Below are positions 25,774-36,844 of a stretch of DNA of 64,000 nucleotides, one piece after another (the stretch's first letter is position 1; each line of letters begins with the position of its first letter). This DNA is from Candidatus Poribacteria bacterium (GTDB taxonomy: Bacteria; Poribacteria; WGA-4E; PCPOR2b): assembly GCA_965208675.1 (NCBI GenBank), contig OZ242351.1, positions 608,001-672,000 of the forward strand, given 5' to 3'. Position numbers and translations under genes: made by a program. Under the pieces are notes generated by a model. That model was not told the DNA's origin. It made no database searches and was given only the letters and a program-made list of their open reading frames with translations.

Positions 25774-26817
25774 CTATTCATCCAAAACCTTCGCAAGATA
25801 AAACACAGATTTACCACAGAGTGTCTCTATCTCTTGCATGGCATCGTTTAATTGTGCCTTTCGTGGACATTGGAGCAGGAGTCTATCCGTTGTAAGGGTG
25901 ACATATCGGTGCTGTGTTTTGTGTGTATATTGAGCTTGCTGTTCCCCATCTGTGGTTAGTCGGTATCCATCTCCCAATTCAAACGTCTGACGCACTTTCT
26001 CCCAGTCCAAGTTTTTGTACAACGCTTTTGCAGGCAACTCCCTCGGTGTAGGCGTCTGAGATTTTTGAGTGGGTTCATCTTCATCCACAAAATAGTCTGT
26101 TATATCGCTCGATTTCTGAAAGCCATTGTCTAAGCCGTCAGAAACCTGTTCATCTATTGTGTGTATCTGCTGATCTTGAATGTTCTCACCTTGACCGAAC
26201 GCTAGCAAATCGTAAATGACCCATTGTATCGCTTCGTGCTCATCCCGTCCAAGTTGAGATTGAGTAGACATGGTTTCAAGCGTACGAACACAAATGTTCA
26301 ATATGAGTGGATGGAGATTAAGCGATGCTGGTTCAGCAAGATCAAAAAACATTCGCGTAACTACTGCAATCTCAGCTTTTTCCCTAGCGCCAATACGTTT
26401 TAGCCGTGTTTCGCAGGCTTTAAGCGACTGGCTGATTAGTTGGAGGAAGTTGGGTGTAATCAGGCAGGGCAGCGTTTCGTTGCGGAATTTTTCAGAAATA
26501 GCTTCCAAACAATCCTCGCCTGGTGGCAATTCGTCATGGTCTTCGGCTCGCACATAGTTTAGAGGGGAGAGGCGGAGCAATTCACGTATTTCCTGATGGA
26601 GACGCTCTGTATCAAATCTGATTTTCTCTAGTTCAGGTTCATTAACTAGCAACCCGCTTTTCATGATTCTGTCTTGTAATTGCTCTCCATCTGATTTTGC
26701 ACTCTCCAGCATCCGCTGTTTTCTGAACGCCATCTGCCGCTGGCGGGATTTTCCAACCTGATTCCGTTTAGCACGTTTATTTGCAATGTTAAGTTGCCGA
26801 TTCTTTTTTCTCGCCAT
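25774..26817 (-). CDS. Hypothetical protein with basic N-terminus
   Basis: Long ORF starting MARKKNRQ; no recognised motif. Confidence 0.7.
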   Translation of the reverse strand: MARKKNRQLNIANKRAKRNQVGKSRQRQMAFRKQRMLESAKSDGEQLQDRIMKSGLLVNEPELEKIRFDTERLHQEIRELLRLSPLNYVRAEDHDELPPGEDCLEAISEKFRNETLPCLITPNFLQLISQSLKACETRLKRIGAREKAEIAVVTRMFFDLAEPASLNLHPLILNICVRTLETMSTQSQLGRDEHEAIQWVIYDLLAFGQGENIQDQQIHTIDEQVSDGLDNGFQKSSDITDYFVDEDEPTQKSQTPTPRELPAKALYKNLDWEKVRQTFELGDGYRLTTDGEQQAQYTHKTQHRYVTLTTDRLLLQCPRKAQLNDAMQEIETLCGKSVFYLAKVLDE

Positions 26818-27108
26818 TTTTACCGGATGCCGCGGTGTAAGTGAGCGTTGCTCCAATTTGTTGCATCGAACGTAGGAAAGTATACAGAATGAGCACTAAA
26901 TTGTCAACACGGGAATTTTGGGGTTATGACATGAAACCTCAAGCATAAATTGTAGCCCGAGAGGATTCTGAATCCCAATCAATTCGAATAATCACACCCT
27001 CATCTTTCCTACAACGATCCTGTGCGGAACCGATTTTATTTCACGCTGATTGGGGTGGGAAGGTTTAAATTCTGTTCGAATAATCGTGCCATCCACACGC
27101 ACGCTATT

Positions 27109-29484
27109 CTAATGTCTTGGACTAAGCGCTTTTGCAAAGACCTGGTCAACCCGGTCTACAAACACGAAATCAAGCCCCTCTTTTGCATCGTCGGGAATTT
27201 CTGCGAGATCTTTTTCATTTCGCTTCGGAATAATAAAGGTTTTGATTCCCGCCTGTTTAGCCGCGAGGATTTTTTCCTTTACGCCTCCAATTGGTAGTAC
27301 ACGTCCTCTCAATGTAATTTCTCCTGTCATGGCAATTTCAGGATTAACGCTTTGCCCAGTGGCAAGCGAAGTGAGCGCCGTCGCTATTGTGATTCCAGCA
27401 GAAGGTCCATCTTTCGGTATGGCGCCCGCTGGCACGTGTACGTGAATGTCATTCTTCATGAAGAAATCCGGGTTAAATCCTAATTCTCCGGCTTTAGACT
27501 TGACGTAACTCAAAGCTGCCTGAGCAGATTCCTGCATCACTTCACTAAGATGGCCAGTCAGGACGAGTTTACTTTCACCACTCATGCTTGTCGCTTCAAC
27601 GAATAAAATTTCCCCGCCGAATGCAGTGACCGACATACCTGTTGCGACGCCTACCTCTTCCTCTTGTTCGGCAACTTCAGAATGGAATTTGATTGGGCCG
27701 AGGAAAACCGAAATCCCGCTAGGGGTCACATGTGTAAATTGGGCCCCGCCTTCGGCAATCTTGCGGGCGGCTTTTCGGCAAATTGCTCCCAACTCACGTT
27801 CAAGGTTTCGGACGCCTGCCTCACGTGTATACGCTTCAATCACCGTACGAATCGCGTCGTCCGATATTGAGAGCAACTCGTTACTGATTCCATGAGCTTC
27901 CAATTGTCGTGGAATAAGATACTGTTTGGCAATTCCCGTTTTTTCATTTGTGGTATAACCGGGCAGCTCCAGAACTTCCATACGATCTCGTAGGGGGGAA
28001 GGGATAGTGTGAAGCTGGTTGGCGGTTGTAATAAACATCACTCTCGACAGGTCAAACGGGGTGTCAATGTAGTTATCCACAAACGTATTGTTTTGCTCTG
28101 GATCAAGTACTTCAAGCAACGCCGCCGCGGGATCGCCTCTAAAATCCGATCCGAGCTTATCGATTTCGTCTAACATAAAAACCGGATTATTGGATTCTGC
28201 CTGGCGCAATCCCTTTATAATTCGCCCCGGCATCGAGCCGATATATGTTCTCCGATGTCCTCGAATCTCCGCTTCATCGTGTAGCCCGCCTAAAGAGATA
28301 CGGACGAAATTTCTTCCCATGGTTCTCGCAATGGATTTCCCTAATGAAGTCTTTCCGACCCCAGGAGGACCTACGAAGCAGAGAATTGGCCCTTTCATAT
28401 CTTGCTTGAGCATGCGTACAGCGAGATATTCCAGAATTCGGTCTTTGACTTTTTCCAGATCGTAGTGATCTTCGTCAAGAACCTGCTGTGCATGAGAGAT
28501 ATTAAGTTCATCTTCAGCGCTGACTGCCCATGGCAGATTGACGAGCCAATCCAGATAATTCCGGGAAACTGCCGATTCTGGAGAGGAGGCGTGCATTTTG
28601 GACAAGCGATTGAGCTCCTTTTCTGCAACTTTGCGCGCCTTTTCGGGCATTTTTGCGGCTTCAATTTCCTGCCGAATCTCTTCCACCTCCAGTAATAAAT
28701 CATCAGCCTCGCCCAACTCCGTCTGAATGGCCTTTAATTGTTCCCGAAGGAAATATTCACGTTGTCCCTTATTTATCACTGCTTCCGCATCCGACTGAAT
28801 CTTGCTCTCTAGTTCGGTGAGATCTAACTCCTTGGTTAGTATTACAATGAGCTGATTTAACCGGTTTTTGATAGGAATGGTTTCCAACAACAACTGTTTA
28901 TCGTCTGGTTTGAGATCAAGCACAGCGGTGATATAATCCGCAAGCCGTTCTAAATCATCTAAATTTTCAGCGATTATACCTAGCTCTTCCTGGTATCTTG
29001 ACGATAGCTTGACGATTTTTTGAAACAGTTCAACTGCAGTTCGCTTGAGGGCTTCAATCTCAATGGTGGTTTCCTCTTTTTCATCTAGCTCAACAATTCG
29101 AACCTGCACTTTTACAAACGGTTCTGTTTGAATAATATCTTCGATTTGAACCCTTGCGCGTCCTTGCGCGAGAATCAACACATTTTCATCATCCGTTCGG
29201 TACTTTATAATATGGACTAACGCCCCAACCGGAGCAAAATCATCTATCGTCGGCGAATCTGTTTCCTTCAATCGCTTAAAAACACAAATACTTCTAGAAG
29301 TGTTGATCATCGCGTCATCGACAGCGGCAGTGACTGTCTTCCCGGATAACGCGAGATGATGCGGGGAAAACGGCGGAACTGGAGGCATGTGAGGGAAAAT
29401 GACGAGATCGTTCACAATCAGAACCGGAAGTTCTTTCGGAATCTCCAAATCCTTTTTTGGTTCATTCACGAATTCATCCACCAT
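27109..29484 (-). CDS. lon: ATP-dependent Lon protease
   Basis: [21 protein letters not shown] Ser, GGVKEK Lys. Confidence 0.98.
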   Translation of the reverse strand: MVDEFVNEPKKDLEIPKELPVLIVNDLVIFPHMPPVPPFSPHHLALSGKTVTAAVDDAMINTSRSICVFKRLKETDSPTIDDFAPVGALVHIIKYRTDDENVLILAQGRARVQIEDIIQTEPFVKVQVRIVELDEKEETTIEIEALKRTAVELFQKIVKLSSRYQEELGIIAENLDDLERLADYITAVLDLKPDDKQLLLETIPIKNRLNQLIVILTKELDLTELESKIQSDAEAVINKGQREYFLREQLKAIQTELGEADDLLLEVEEIRQEIEAAKMPEKARKVAEKELNRLSKMHASSPESAVSRNYLDWLVNLPWAVSAEDELNISHAQQVLDEDHYDLEKVKDRILEYLAVRMLKQDMKGPILCFVGPPGVGKTSLGKSIARTMGRNFVRISLGGLHDEAEIRGHRRTYIGSMPGRIIKGLRQAESNNPVFMLDEIDKLGSDFRGDPAAALLEVLDPEQNNTFVDNYIDTPFDLSRVMFITTANQLHTIPSPLRDRMEVLELPGYTTNEKTGIAKQYLIPRQLEAHGISNELLSISDDAIRTVIEAYTREAGVRNLERELGAICRKAARKIAEGGAQFTHVTPSGISVFLGPIKFHSEVAEQEEEVGVATGMSVTAFGGEILFVEATSMSGESKLVLTGHLSEVMQESAQAALSYVKSKAGELGFNPDFFMKNDIHVHVPAGAIPKDGPSAGITIATALTSLATGQSVNPEIAMTGEITLRGRVLPIGGVKEKILAAKQAGIKTFIIPKRNEKDLAEIPDDAKEGLDFVFVDRVDQVFAKALSPRH

Positions 29485-29971
29485 GATTCGCCTCCTTTAG
29501 CGGCTGCTCGTTTTCAGTCTCTTCTTCATTCTGGCGGCCAATCTTTTCCGATTGTTCAACTTTGACTTTGGGAATATCAATCTCAAGGAAACCGCCGACG
29601 TATCTGGCTTGAGGCTTTACAGCATCTGAGAGAACGTCTGGCAGCGCGATAGACCGTTCAAACGGTCCATAATTTATCTCGGCCTGATGATAATGTTGCT
29701 TTTTCAATGCGGTCCGATCTTGTCGATTTCCGTTGATTGTCAAGACATTTCCATCTAGACGAATTTGAATGTCCTCTTCCGGCTTTAGGCCAGCAACTTC
29801 AATCTTGATAACGAAGCTTTCAACCGTTTCGTAAATATCCATAGGCGGCTGCCACAGTGCGGTTTCTGGTGTCAATTTTTGAGGAGGCCGCGTAAAGGAG
29901 TCAAAATGGATTTCAAGCTCCTCTTGCATCTCAAAAAACCCCGTGATCAATTCACTGGGATTTGATTTCAC
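29474..29971 (-). CDS. Hsp20/alpha-crystallin small heat-shock protein
   Basis: WQPPMDIYET, YGPFERSIALP, GFLEIDIPK; overlaps the lon start. Confidence 0.9.
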   Translation of the reverse strand: MKSNPSELITGFFEMQEELEIHFDSFTRPPQKLTPETALWQPPMDIYETVESFVIKIEVAGLKPEEDIQIRLDGNVLTINGNRQDRTALKKQHYHQAEINYGPFERSIALPDVLSDAVKPQARYVGGFLEIDIPKVKVEQSEKIGRQNEEETENEQPLKEANHGG

Positions 29972-30135
29972 TTTCTTACTCTCCTTTGGCGAAATGATTT
30001 TCTATTAGCGTTTATCGGCGGAAAATCTAGGCGGGGTTATCGAGAAATATTCAATGCAACCTGCGTTACTTGACGTACGGGGTTCGACAGTGGAATTAGA
30101 GCGGATTCACTGCTGCAAATTGAACCAACGAAGTG

Positions 30136-30759
30136 CTAATCAGCCAATTCCGTTTCGTTCAAACCTTCCCCTTCCTTAAATTTCATTCCGAGAGCGATCA
30201 GATCATTCGCCAATGTAAAACGGCTAATTTTATTGTCATCCAACGCGTCCGTCTCAGTAATTAACTCATGCCTCAGTGTGTCGGAGTTTCGTCGCATTTG
30301 GTCGCGCAACTCAGCTATTTGAACGGTTATTGAATTACTTAGTTTGTCAATTTTTTCTTGCACTTCCTGTACCAATGTGTCTGCCACTATGGAAATTTTG
30401 CGAGCATCTGCGATTACTTCGCCAATTACTTGGTTAATCTGTTCATTGATTCTGTTTTCAAACTCTCTTAACTCATTGTGTAAATCCACAGTCAATTCGT
30501 CAATTTTATTATCCAATTTTGTGTCGACATCTTGGGAGAGTGCATTAAACAATTGTTGGAGGTTTTCTAACTCTCTTTCTATTACACGGAATCGGTTTTC
30601 ATCCTCACGAAGCTTAGGCCCAAGAATTACTTCGCGGATAGTATCTGCTGTTTCTGCAGAAGGTGCTGATTCACCGGTTGGCGAGGGGGCAATGGTTGTT
30701 TTTTCATCTTCATGCTCACCAGAGTCGAGCGTCGGATGGGCAGGGTCAATTATACTCAT
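30136..30759 (-). CDS. Coiled-coil hypothetical protein (IRxxLxG family)
   Basis: AGGAG RBS, heptad-rich helical sequence, IREVILGP motif. Confidence 0.75.
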   Translation of the reverse strand: MSIIDPAHPTLDSGEHEDEKTTIAPSPTGESAPSAETADTIREVILGPKLREDENRFRVIERELENLQQLFNALSQDVDTKLDNKIDELTVDLHNELREFENRINEQINQVIGEVIADARKISIVADTLVQEVQEKIDKLSNSITVQIAELRDQMRRNSDTLRHELITETDALDDNKISRFTLANDLIALGMKFKEGEGLNETELAD

Positions 30760-30894
30760 CAAATTCTCCTTATCGGGACGGTTTATCGGACTAGCGGTCG
30801 GCACAGCAGTTAACAAGCATATTTTATCAAAGGCTTTTAACCAATGTCAAAGAAATCAGGTTGGGTATGGCACGCTCGCGTGAGTCAATGGTGA

Positions 30895-31992
30895 TTAAGG
30901 ATAATTATACAAGTTCTCATCGTCATTGTGATGCTCTTGTGGAGTGGATTGGTTCTGCTGAAATTCACGGAGAATGCAATCGATAATTTCTTTGTTGTAG
31001 GCTTGAGCATTGATTCGTTTCTGATTGGCTTCCCACGCCATTTGCGCGGCAGCTTCAAAATATTCCGCATGCTTATACGCATCAAGAATGTCTGTACCTC
31101 GTGAGAAAGTACCATGTCCAACCCAACATAGTATATGACGCATTTCGTGACGCTGATTCGACGGTAGGTCTTCTTTTTTGAAGAGGCGCAGATTCTCATA
31201 AGAAAGCTCAGGTATACCTGGCGCTTTCTCTTGGACGAATCCGATGCCGCCGGATTTTTCATAAGTGATTGGCGTTTCTGGTTCGTAACCCTTTAAGAAA
31301 TCGTAGAATTGTGATGGACTCCCATACTCACTCCGAGAAATAAGGTTCAAAAACTTCGGCTGCAAATGGACAAGCGCCTTGAAGCCGTGATTTTCGAGCT
31401 GGTCAAAAATCAAGAGGTAGTGGAATAGTTCGCTGGTCGGTTTTGGCGGTGTAATCTGTCCTTGTTCCAATACGGACTCTGACGGCGTGCCATATCTCAT
31501 TCGGTAATGGCGTCCATCGTCTTCGACTTCAACAATTGTTAAATTCAGCGCTGGATGTTCCACTGCAATTGCGTCTAATCTTGAACCGGACTTGGTAATT
31601 AACACCTGTCGCCCCGCTAGCTGTTTTACAGTAATTGCTGCCGGCAAGGAGTAACGAGGGGATTGATTGCGTGGCACCAGACACCGTACATCAATTGTTT
31701 CAGAGAGCAATGCCCCCATGTTGCCGGCTGTTCCCCACAGATAACCGCGCGCATGCGCTTGGCTTCCCAGCCACCCCATTTGTCCAACGAGAACTCCCAT
31801 TTCGCTATCGGACGACAATGGTTGAAGGGCAGCTTGATATCCGCGTGCTTGCCACTGCCGGCAGCGGAAACTCCTCGGCGGAGGTGGAAGTAAATCTTTG
31901 GTGAGATAAGGATTTGATGGCGTTATTCCGCGCACGGTTTTACCCCTTGTAACATGAATTTTGTGTCCCGTCTCGAAAGAAGAATATATCAC
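30895..31992 (-). CDS. Class II aldolase, rhamnulose-1-phosphate aldolase (RhaD)-like; true start may be near 31800
   Basis: AGNMG, ITKSGS, PTSEL, PET, PG..EL, W..HG...G.D...A....E..E.AA. Confidence 0.75.
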   Translation of the reverse strand: MIYSSFETGHKIHVTRGKTVRGITPSNPYLTKDLLPPPPRSFRCRQWQARGYQAALQPLSSDSEMGVLVGQMGWLGSQAHARGYLWGTAGNMGALLSETIDVRCLVPRNQSPRYSLPAAITVKQLAGRQVLITKSGSRLDAIAVEHPALNLTIVEVEDDGRHYRMRYGTPSESVLEQGQITPPKPTSELFHYLLIFDQLENHGFKALVHLQPKFLNLISRSEYGSPSQFYDFLKGYEPETPITYEKSGGIGFVQEKAPGIPELSYENLRLFKKEDLPSNQRHEMRHILCWVGHGTFSRGTDILDAYKHAEYFEAAAQMAWEANQKRINAQAYNKEIIDCILREFQQNQSTPQEHHNDDENLYNYP

Positions 31993-32214
31993 GCTTGTAC
32001 AATTTTATCAACTGTTTTCTGAGACCAATTACAATCTCAACACATGTTCTCACTTGAGCAATGCACCCCGAAAGTGATATAATCACATGTTCAAGCAAAC
32101 GATTAAGGTTTGTAGATCTAGATTCATGGTTTCAATACTCAAGACCAATAGTATTGAGATTTTCCCATGGTACCAAGACAGCATATAAGAATTGAAATTC
32201 TACCGGAGGAGTAG

Positions 32215-33615
32215 ATGGACACACGAATTGAAAAGGACAGTATGGGTGAAATTGAAGTTCGCGCAGATCGGTATTGGGGTGCGCAGACGCAGAGATCCAC
32301 CCAGAATTTTAAGATTGGCGGTGAACGGTTCCCGCGTGAAATGATCTGGGCGCTTGGAATCGTGAAATGCTCGGTAACCGAAGTGAACACTGCACTGGGT
32401 TTGCTAGAACGGAATAAAGCGGACGTAATCATGAGAGCCGCACAAGAAGTGATTGACGGCCTGCTTGACGATCATTTTCCGCTTGTGGTCTGGCAGACTG
32501 GCAGTGGAACACAGACGAACATGAATACGAACGAAGTCATTGCTAATCGTGCTATTGAAATGCTGGGCGGCCATCTGGGGAGCCAAGAGCCCATACACCC
32601 GAACGATCACGTCAACAAGTCTCAATCGACCAATGACGCATTTCCGACTGCAATTCATGTGGCTATCGCAGACCGCATCCACCATAACCTTATTTCAGCG
32701 GCGACTGTCCTACGCGACGCCCTCAATGATAAGGCGGAAGAATTCAATGATATCGTAAAAATTGGACGTACGCACTTGCAGGATGCGACGCCCCTGACGT
32801 TGGGACAAGAGTTCTCCGGGTACGCAATGCAAATTACCAACGCAATTCGTACAATCGAGAATTGCTTCCCGCACCTCTATGAATTACCGATTGGCGGCAC
32901 GGCCGTAGGGACGGGGTTGAACAGCCATCCAGAGTATGCCGCAAGAGCTGCAGCGGCGATATCTAGGCGAACAGGTTTTCCGTTCGTGTCGGCGCCGAAC
33001 AAGTTTGAAGCTCTCGGTGCACGAGATGCTGTTGTCGAGGTGAGCGGTGCTTGCAAAACATTGGCGTGTTCACTCAACAAGATTGCGAACGACATCCGTT
33101 GGCTTGGGAGCGGACCGCGTTGCGGCATTGGAGAGATTTCCCTGCCAGAGAACGAGCCAGGGAGTTCCATCATGCCGGGGAAAGTCAATCCAACACAATG
33201 CGAGGCGATGACGATGGTTTGCGCCCAAGTCATTGGCAATGATACGACGATAGCGCTCGCCGGCGCCTCAGGAAATTTTGAACTAAATGTGTTCATGCCC
33301 GTCATCGCCTTTAACGCGCTGCAATCGATTCGCCTTTTAGGAGACGCCTGCGCGTCATTCACGCAAAATTGCGTTCTTGGCATTCGCCCGAACCGCGAAA
33401 AAATCGACCAATATTTGAATGACTCCTTAATGTTGGTGACTGCGCTCGCCCCTAGCATTGGATATGACAACGCCGCTCTAGTAGCAAAAACAGCCCACAC
33501 GGAAAACAAGACGCTGCGCCAAGTCGCACTTGAATTGAATCTATTGACCGAGGAAGAGTTCGATCGCGTTGTCGTTCCCAATAAAATGATTGGTCCAAAC
33601 GTGAAAGCGAACTAA
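32215..33615 (+). CDS. fumC: Fumarate hydratase class II
   Basis: [35 protein letters not shown]. Confidence 0.98.
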   Translation: MDTRIEKDSMGEIEVRADRYWGAQTQRSTQNFKIGGERFPREMIWALGIVKCSVTEVNTALGLLERNKADVIMRAAQEVIDGLLDDHFPLVVWQTGSGTQTNMNTNEVIANRAIEMLGGHLGSQEPIHPNDHVNKSQSTNDAFPTAIHVAIADRIHHNLISAATVLRDALNDKAEEFNDIVKIGRTHLQDATPLTLGQEFSGYAMQITNAIRTIENCFPHLYELPIGGTAVGTGLNSHPEYAARAAAAISRRTGFPFVSAPNKFEALGARDAVVEVSGACKTLACSLNKIANDIRWLGSGPRCGIGEISLPENEPGSSIMPGKVNPTQCEAMTMVCAQVIGNDTTIALAGASGNFELNVFMPVIAFNALQSIRLLGDACASFTQNCVLGIRPNREKIDQYLNDSLMLVTALAPSIGYDNAALVAKTAHTENKTLRQVALELNLLTEEEFDRVVVPNKMIGPNVKAN

Positions 33616-33709
33616 CTTTACGCTTGAATTGAACTGATTGAACATTAGACCTCGAATTCTTTGAACGAATTGCGTATTGGCTTTTTTGAGATGTAATTCG
33701 TCACATGTT

Positions 33710-34630
33710 ATGCCGCCTATTGAAAAACTAATCGCTGACTTTGATGGAACCGTGTCTGAGGTAGATACACTTGGTCTATTGGTGCAGAACGCCGCAAAAC
33801 ATCGGGCAACTGCCGGCGAAGTGGGAGCGCAAACGTCATTATTAGAATGGCGCGAAACGGTGGAATGGTATTCAAAACAGCACAATCGGATTGTCAATGA
33901 ATGGCTTACCAACGACAGCGGGGGAACGCCTGGCACGGAGGACAATCTCGAAGTTCACCCAGACCTAGCTGGACTCCGGAGATTCCTTGATGCCGCTGAG
34001 GTCCTGGAATATGACGCTACCCGTAGAGTCATAGAAAGAAAATTCCTGTCAGGGCTCACAAAGGAGACGCTCCGGAAGATTGGCCGGAGCGTTCAATTGA
34101 GATCTGGGGTATTCACGCTAATGGATGCGATGCGCGCGATTGGTATAAAGATTGAAATACTCTCTGCAAATTGGTCAATGACCTTTATTCAAGGCGCGAT
34201 GGGAGACATGTGCGATCAGATTGTAACCAATAGCTTGGAATTTGATAAATCAGGGCGTTCAACCGGGGAAATTCATTTACGCGTGATTTCTGCACAAGAT
34301 AAACTGAAACACTTTTTAAAGCGGAAAAGCGACCGCAATCATTTTACTCCCTCGCAGTACGTGAAGGAACAGCACCACACGCAACAGCCACAGTCCGGAC
34401 GAACATTGTACATCGGCGATTCAGTTACGGATTTACTCGCCATTTTGGAGGCTGATGTTGGGGTGTTGATTGGCACCAAGCAAACCGCTGTTCAGGCAAT
34501 GAAGCGGTTTGGTATTCCCACGCGAACGATAACCGGCAAAGATAGATTTGATCCAGTCCGTGATGCTGCACGCACCGTACTACGTGTGGATTCATGGGAG
34601 ACATTAGGGCATTTCCTCGAAAATGAATAG
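33710..34630 (+). CDS. HAD-superfamily phosphatase resembling the plant TH2 HAD domain and fungal Cto1
   Basis: DFDGT, ILSANWS, K of motif III, YIGDSVTDLLAILEADVGV. Confidence 0.8.
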   Translation: MPPIEKLIADFDGTVSEVDTLGLLVQNAAKHRATAGEVGAQTSLLEWRETVEWYSKQHNRIVNEWLTNDSGGTPGTEDNLEVHPDLAGLRRFLDAAEVLEYDATRRVIERKFLSGLTKETLRKIGRSVQLRSGVFTLMDAMRAIGIKIEILSANWSMTFIQGAMGDMCDQIVTNSLEFDKSGRSTGEIHLRVISAQDKLKHFLKRKSDRNHFTPSQYVKEQHHTQQPQSGRTLYIGDSVTDLLAILEADVGVLIGTKQTAVQAMKRFGIPTRTITGKDRFDPVRDAARTVLRVDSWETLGHFLENE

Positions 34631-34846
34631 TCTTAGGCAAAATGACGAACAGGGAGTGCGGCAGAAGCTCCGCAGATTTTAACAACTCAAACGCACTAGA
34701 AAGGCATTATTTTCTATTGTTCAACCAGGTTTGCAGATATGAACACACGCAGCAATTGGATTAATCCTCTCAAATTTCTAGGTTAATCTATCATGTTGTT
34801 TTACGGGGAAGATTTGCGCGAGTGAGAATACAGGAGGGAAGTCATT

Positions 34847-36052
34847 ATGCTCAGTGTCGAGGAAGCGCGTAAACGGATATTGGACGTAACCCATGTCTTG
34901 CCGCCGGAAAAACTCAGGATTATGGACTGTCTCGGATATGTCTTGGCGGAAGATGTGCACGCCACGGAACATATACCGCCGTTTCGCAATTCTGCGATGG
35001 ACGGATACGCAGTGGTTGCTGAAGATACACAGTCGGCTTCCAAAGATTTTCCAATTCAACTTTCGATTGTCGAATCTATACCCGCAGGCTATGCCCCAAC
35101 CGAGTGCGTTGCGCGCGGCCAAGCTGCCCGGATTATGACGGGGGCAATGATGCCCAATGGAGCAGATGCCGTTGTGATGATAGAAGAAACGCAATCTGAA
35201 AAGAATCAGATTAAGGTCCTTGATAGTGTAGAAAAAGATGAGAATGTACGCTTTGCCGGTGAAAGCGTAATGCAAGGCGATCTCGTGATGTCAAGAGGCA
35301 AGCAAATCCATCCGCCGGAAATTTCCATGCTTGCCTCACTCAATCTACCGGCAGTCGAGGTGCACAAGCGCCCCAAAGTTGCCGTGATTTCGACAGGCGA
35401 TGAGCTAACACCTCTCGGCGGACCGCTGAAGCCGGGCAAGATTCGAGATAGCAACCGATACGGCATTTGCGCCCAGATTCAGGAAGCTAATTGCTTTCCA
35501 ATCGATATGGGGATTGCCACCGACGATGAAGTGGTGTTGGAACGCAAATTCCGCGATGCAGTGGGTCAAGCCGACGCTGTCGTCACCAGCGGAGGCGTAT
35601 CAGTCGGAGACCACGACAGCGTGAGAGCGGTTCTCGCCCGGATGGGTGAGATAAATTTCTGGCGGGTCGCGATGAAGCCGGGAAAACCACAGGCGTATGG
35701 ATTCATTGACGGCGTGCCAATCTTCGGATTGCCGGGGAACCCGGTATCGTCGCTTGTGGTGTTTGAATTATTTGTCCGTCCTGCCCTGCTCAAAATGGCA
35801 GGTCATACCGATTTACTTCGTCCAACGTTCCAAGCCATTTTAGATGATGACGTGGTAAACAGGGATGGGCGCGTAAACTTTCTGCGGACAATCATTACAT
35901 CGCGCAACGGCAAATTTCATGCCCAGACGACGGGACCGCAAGGATCCGGCATTCTTTACTCGCTCGTTCTAGCAAACGGGTTCATAATTATTCCGGCAGG
36001 TGCGACCATCAAAGCGGGCGAAACAGTCGAAGCACAGTTACTGAAGTGTTGA
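34847..36052 (+). CDS. moeA: Molybdopterin molybdenumtransferase
   Basis: SAMDGYA, IMTGA, STGDEL, SGGVSVG, MKPGKP, LPGNPVS. Confidence 0.97.
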   Translation: MLSVEEARKRILDVTHVLPPEKLRIMDCLGYVLAEDVHATEHIPPFRNSAMDGYAVVAEDTQSASKDFPIQLSIVESIPAGYAPTECVARGQAARIMTGAMMPNGADAVVMIEETQSEKNQIKVLDSVEKDENVRFAGESVMQGDLVMSRGKQIHPPEISMLASLNLPAVEVHKRPKVAVISTGDELTPLGGPLKPGKIRDSNRYGICAQIQEANCFPIDMGIATDDEVVLERKFRDAVGQADAVVTSGGVSVGDHDSVRAVLARMGEINFWRVAMKPGKPQAYGFIDGVPIFGLPGNPVSSLVVFELFVRPALLKMAGHTDLLRPTFQAILDDDVVNRDGRVNFLRTIITSRNGKFHAQTTGPQGSGILYSLVLANGFIIIPAGATIKAGETVEAQLLKC

Positions 36053-36215
36053 CAGTTGCGCTATAATAAACTGCAATTTCTGTAGAGATTCCTAATGACT
36101 GATTAAAACTGGGTACAAACAAAGGTACGAACCGCGCCGTTAAATTAAAGCTTTCAAACTGAAACCTGTGAGGGATTGGTGCACCCAACCCTACAAATTG
36201 AATGAGGGATCACAC

Positions 36216-36815
36216 ATGCCACGACAGGTTTTTGTCGATATAGATACGCAACACGACTTCATTGATGCTGACGGCGCTCTTTCGGTGCCGGGAGCAGAGG
36301 ATATCCGAGAAAATTTACATATGCTTACTAACCACGCGCTTGAAACTGGGGTGAAAATTATCGCCTCGGCGGATGCACATGCGCCTGACGATAAAGAGTT
36401 TGAGGTCTTCCCGCCGCATTGCGTACAAGATACCCCTGGGCAGAAAAAAATTGAGGAGACAAGCGTTGCCAACACGCAGGTCATCACAAACACCGCATCA
36501 GGAACCCATCCACACGAAGTGGTCAGTGGGGCGGATCTGGTCTTGTTAGAGAAACAGACATACGACGTTTTCACGAATCCGAACACGGCAGAGATTGTCA
36601 GGGCGGCAAACGCGGATGAACATATCGTTTACGGCGTTGCGACGGACTACTGCGTCAAAGCGGCAGTGTGCGGATTGCTTGATCGAGGGCATAACGTAAT
36701 CGTCGTCGAGGATGCCATTGCGGCGGTGGACGAGAGTGCGGGCAATGACGCTATCGCATTGATGAAACGGGAAGGGGCAATTTTTGAGAAGACCCGTGAA
36801 ATCATCGGTAGGTAA
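36216..36815 (+). CDS. pncA: Nicotinamidase/isochorismatase-family cysteine hydrolase
   Basis: VDIDTQHDF, DAH, FPPHC, K, GVATDYCV. Confidence 0.8.
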   Translation: MPRQVFVDIDTQHDFIDADGALSVPGAEDIRENLHMLTNHALETGVKIIASADAHAPDDKEFEVFPPHCVQDTPGQKKIEETSVANTQVITNTASGTHPHEVVSGADLVLLEKQTYDVFTNPNTAEIVRAANADEHIVYGVATDYCVKAAVCGLLDRGHNVIVVEDAIAAVDESAGNDAIALMKREGAIFEKTREIIGR

Positions 36816-36844
36816 TTCAGTCTGGCTTAAAGCTGCGGAATCCA

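Noticed and set aside
30110-30139. CIRCE element upstream of hsp20-lon
   Set aside because: Only a right half-site (aagtgctaa) is present; there is no TTAGCACTC-like left arm at 9-bp spacing.
32877-33581. 234-aa antisense ORF and similar shadow ORFs (e.g. 30344-30883, 20442-20990, 36546-37088)
   Set aside because: They lie opposite well-supported genes and have no motifs; codon-bias shadows.
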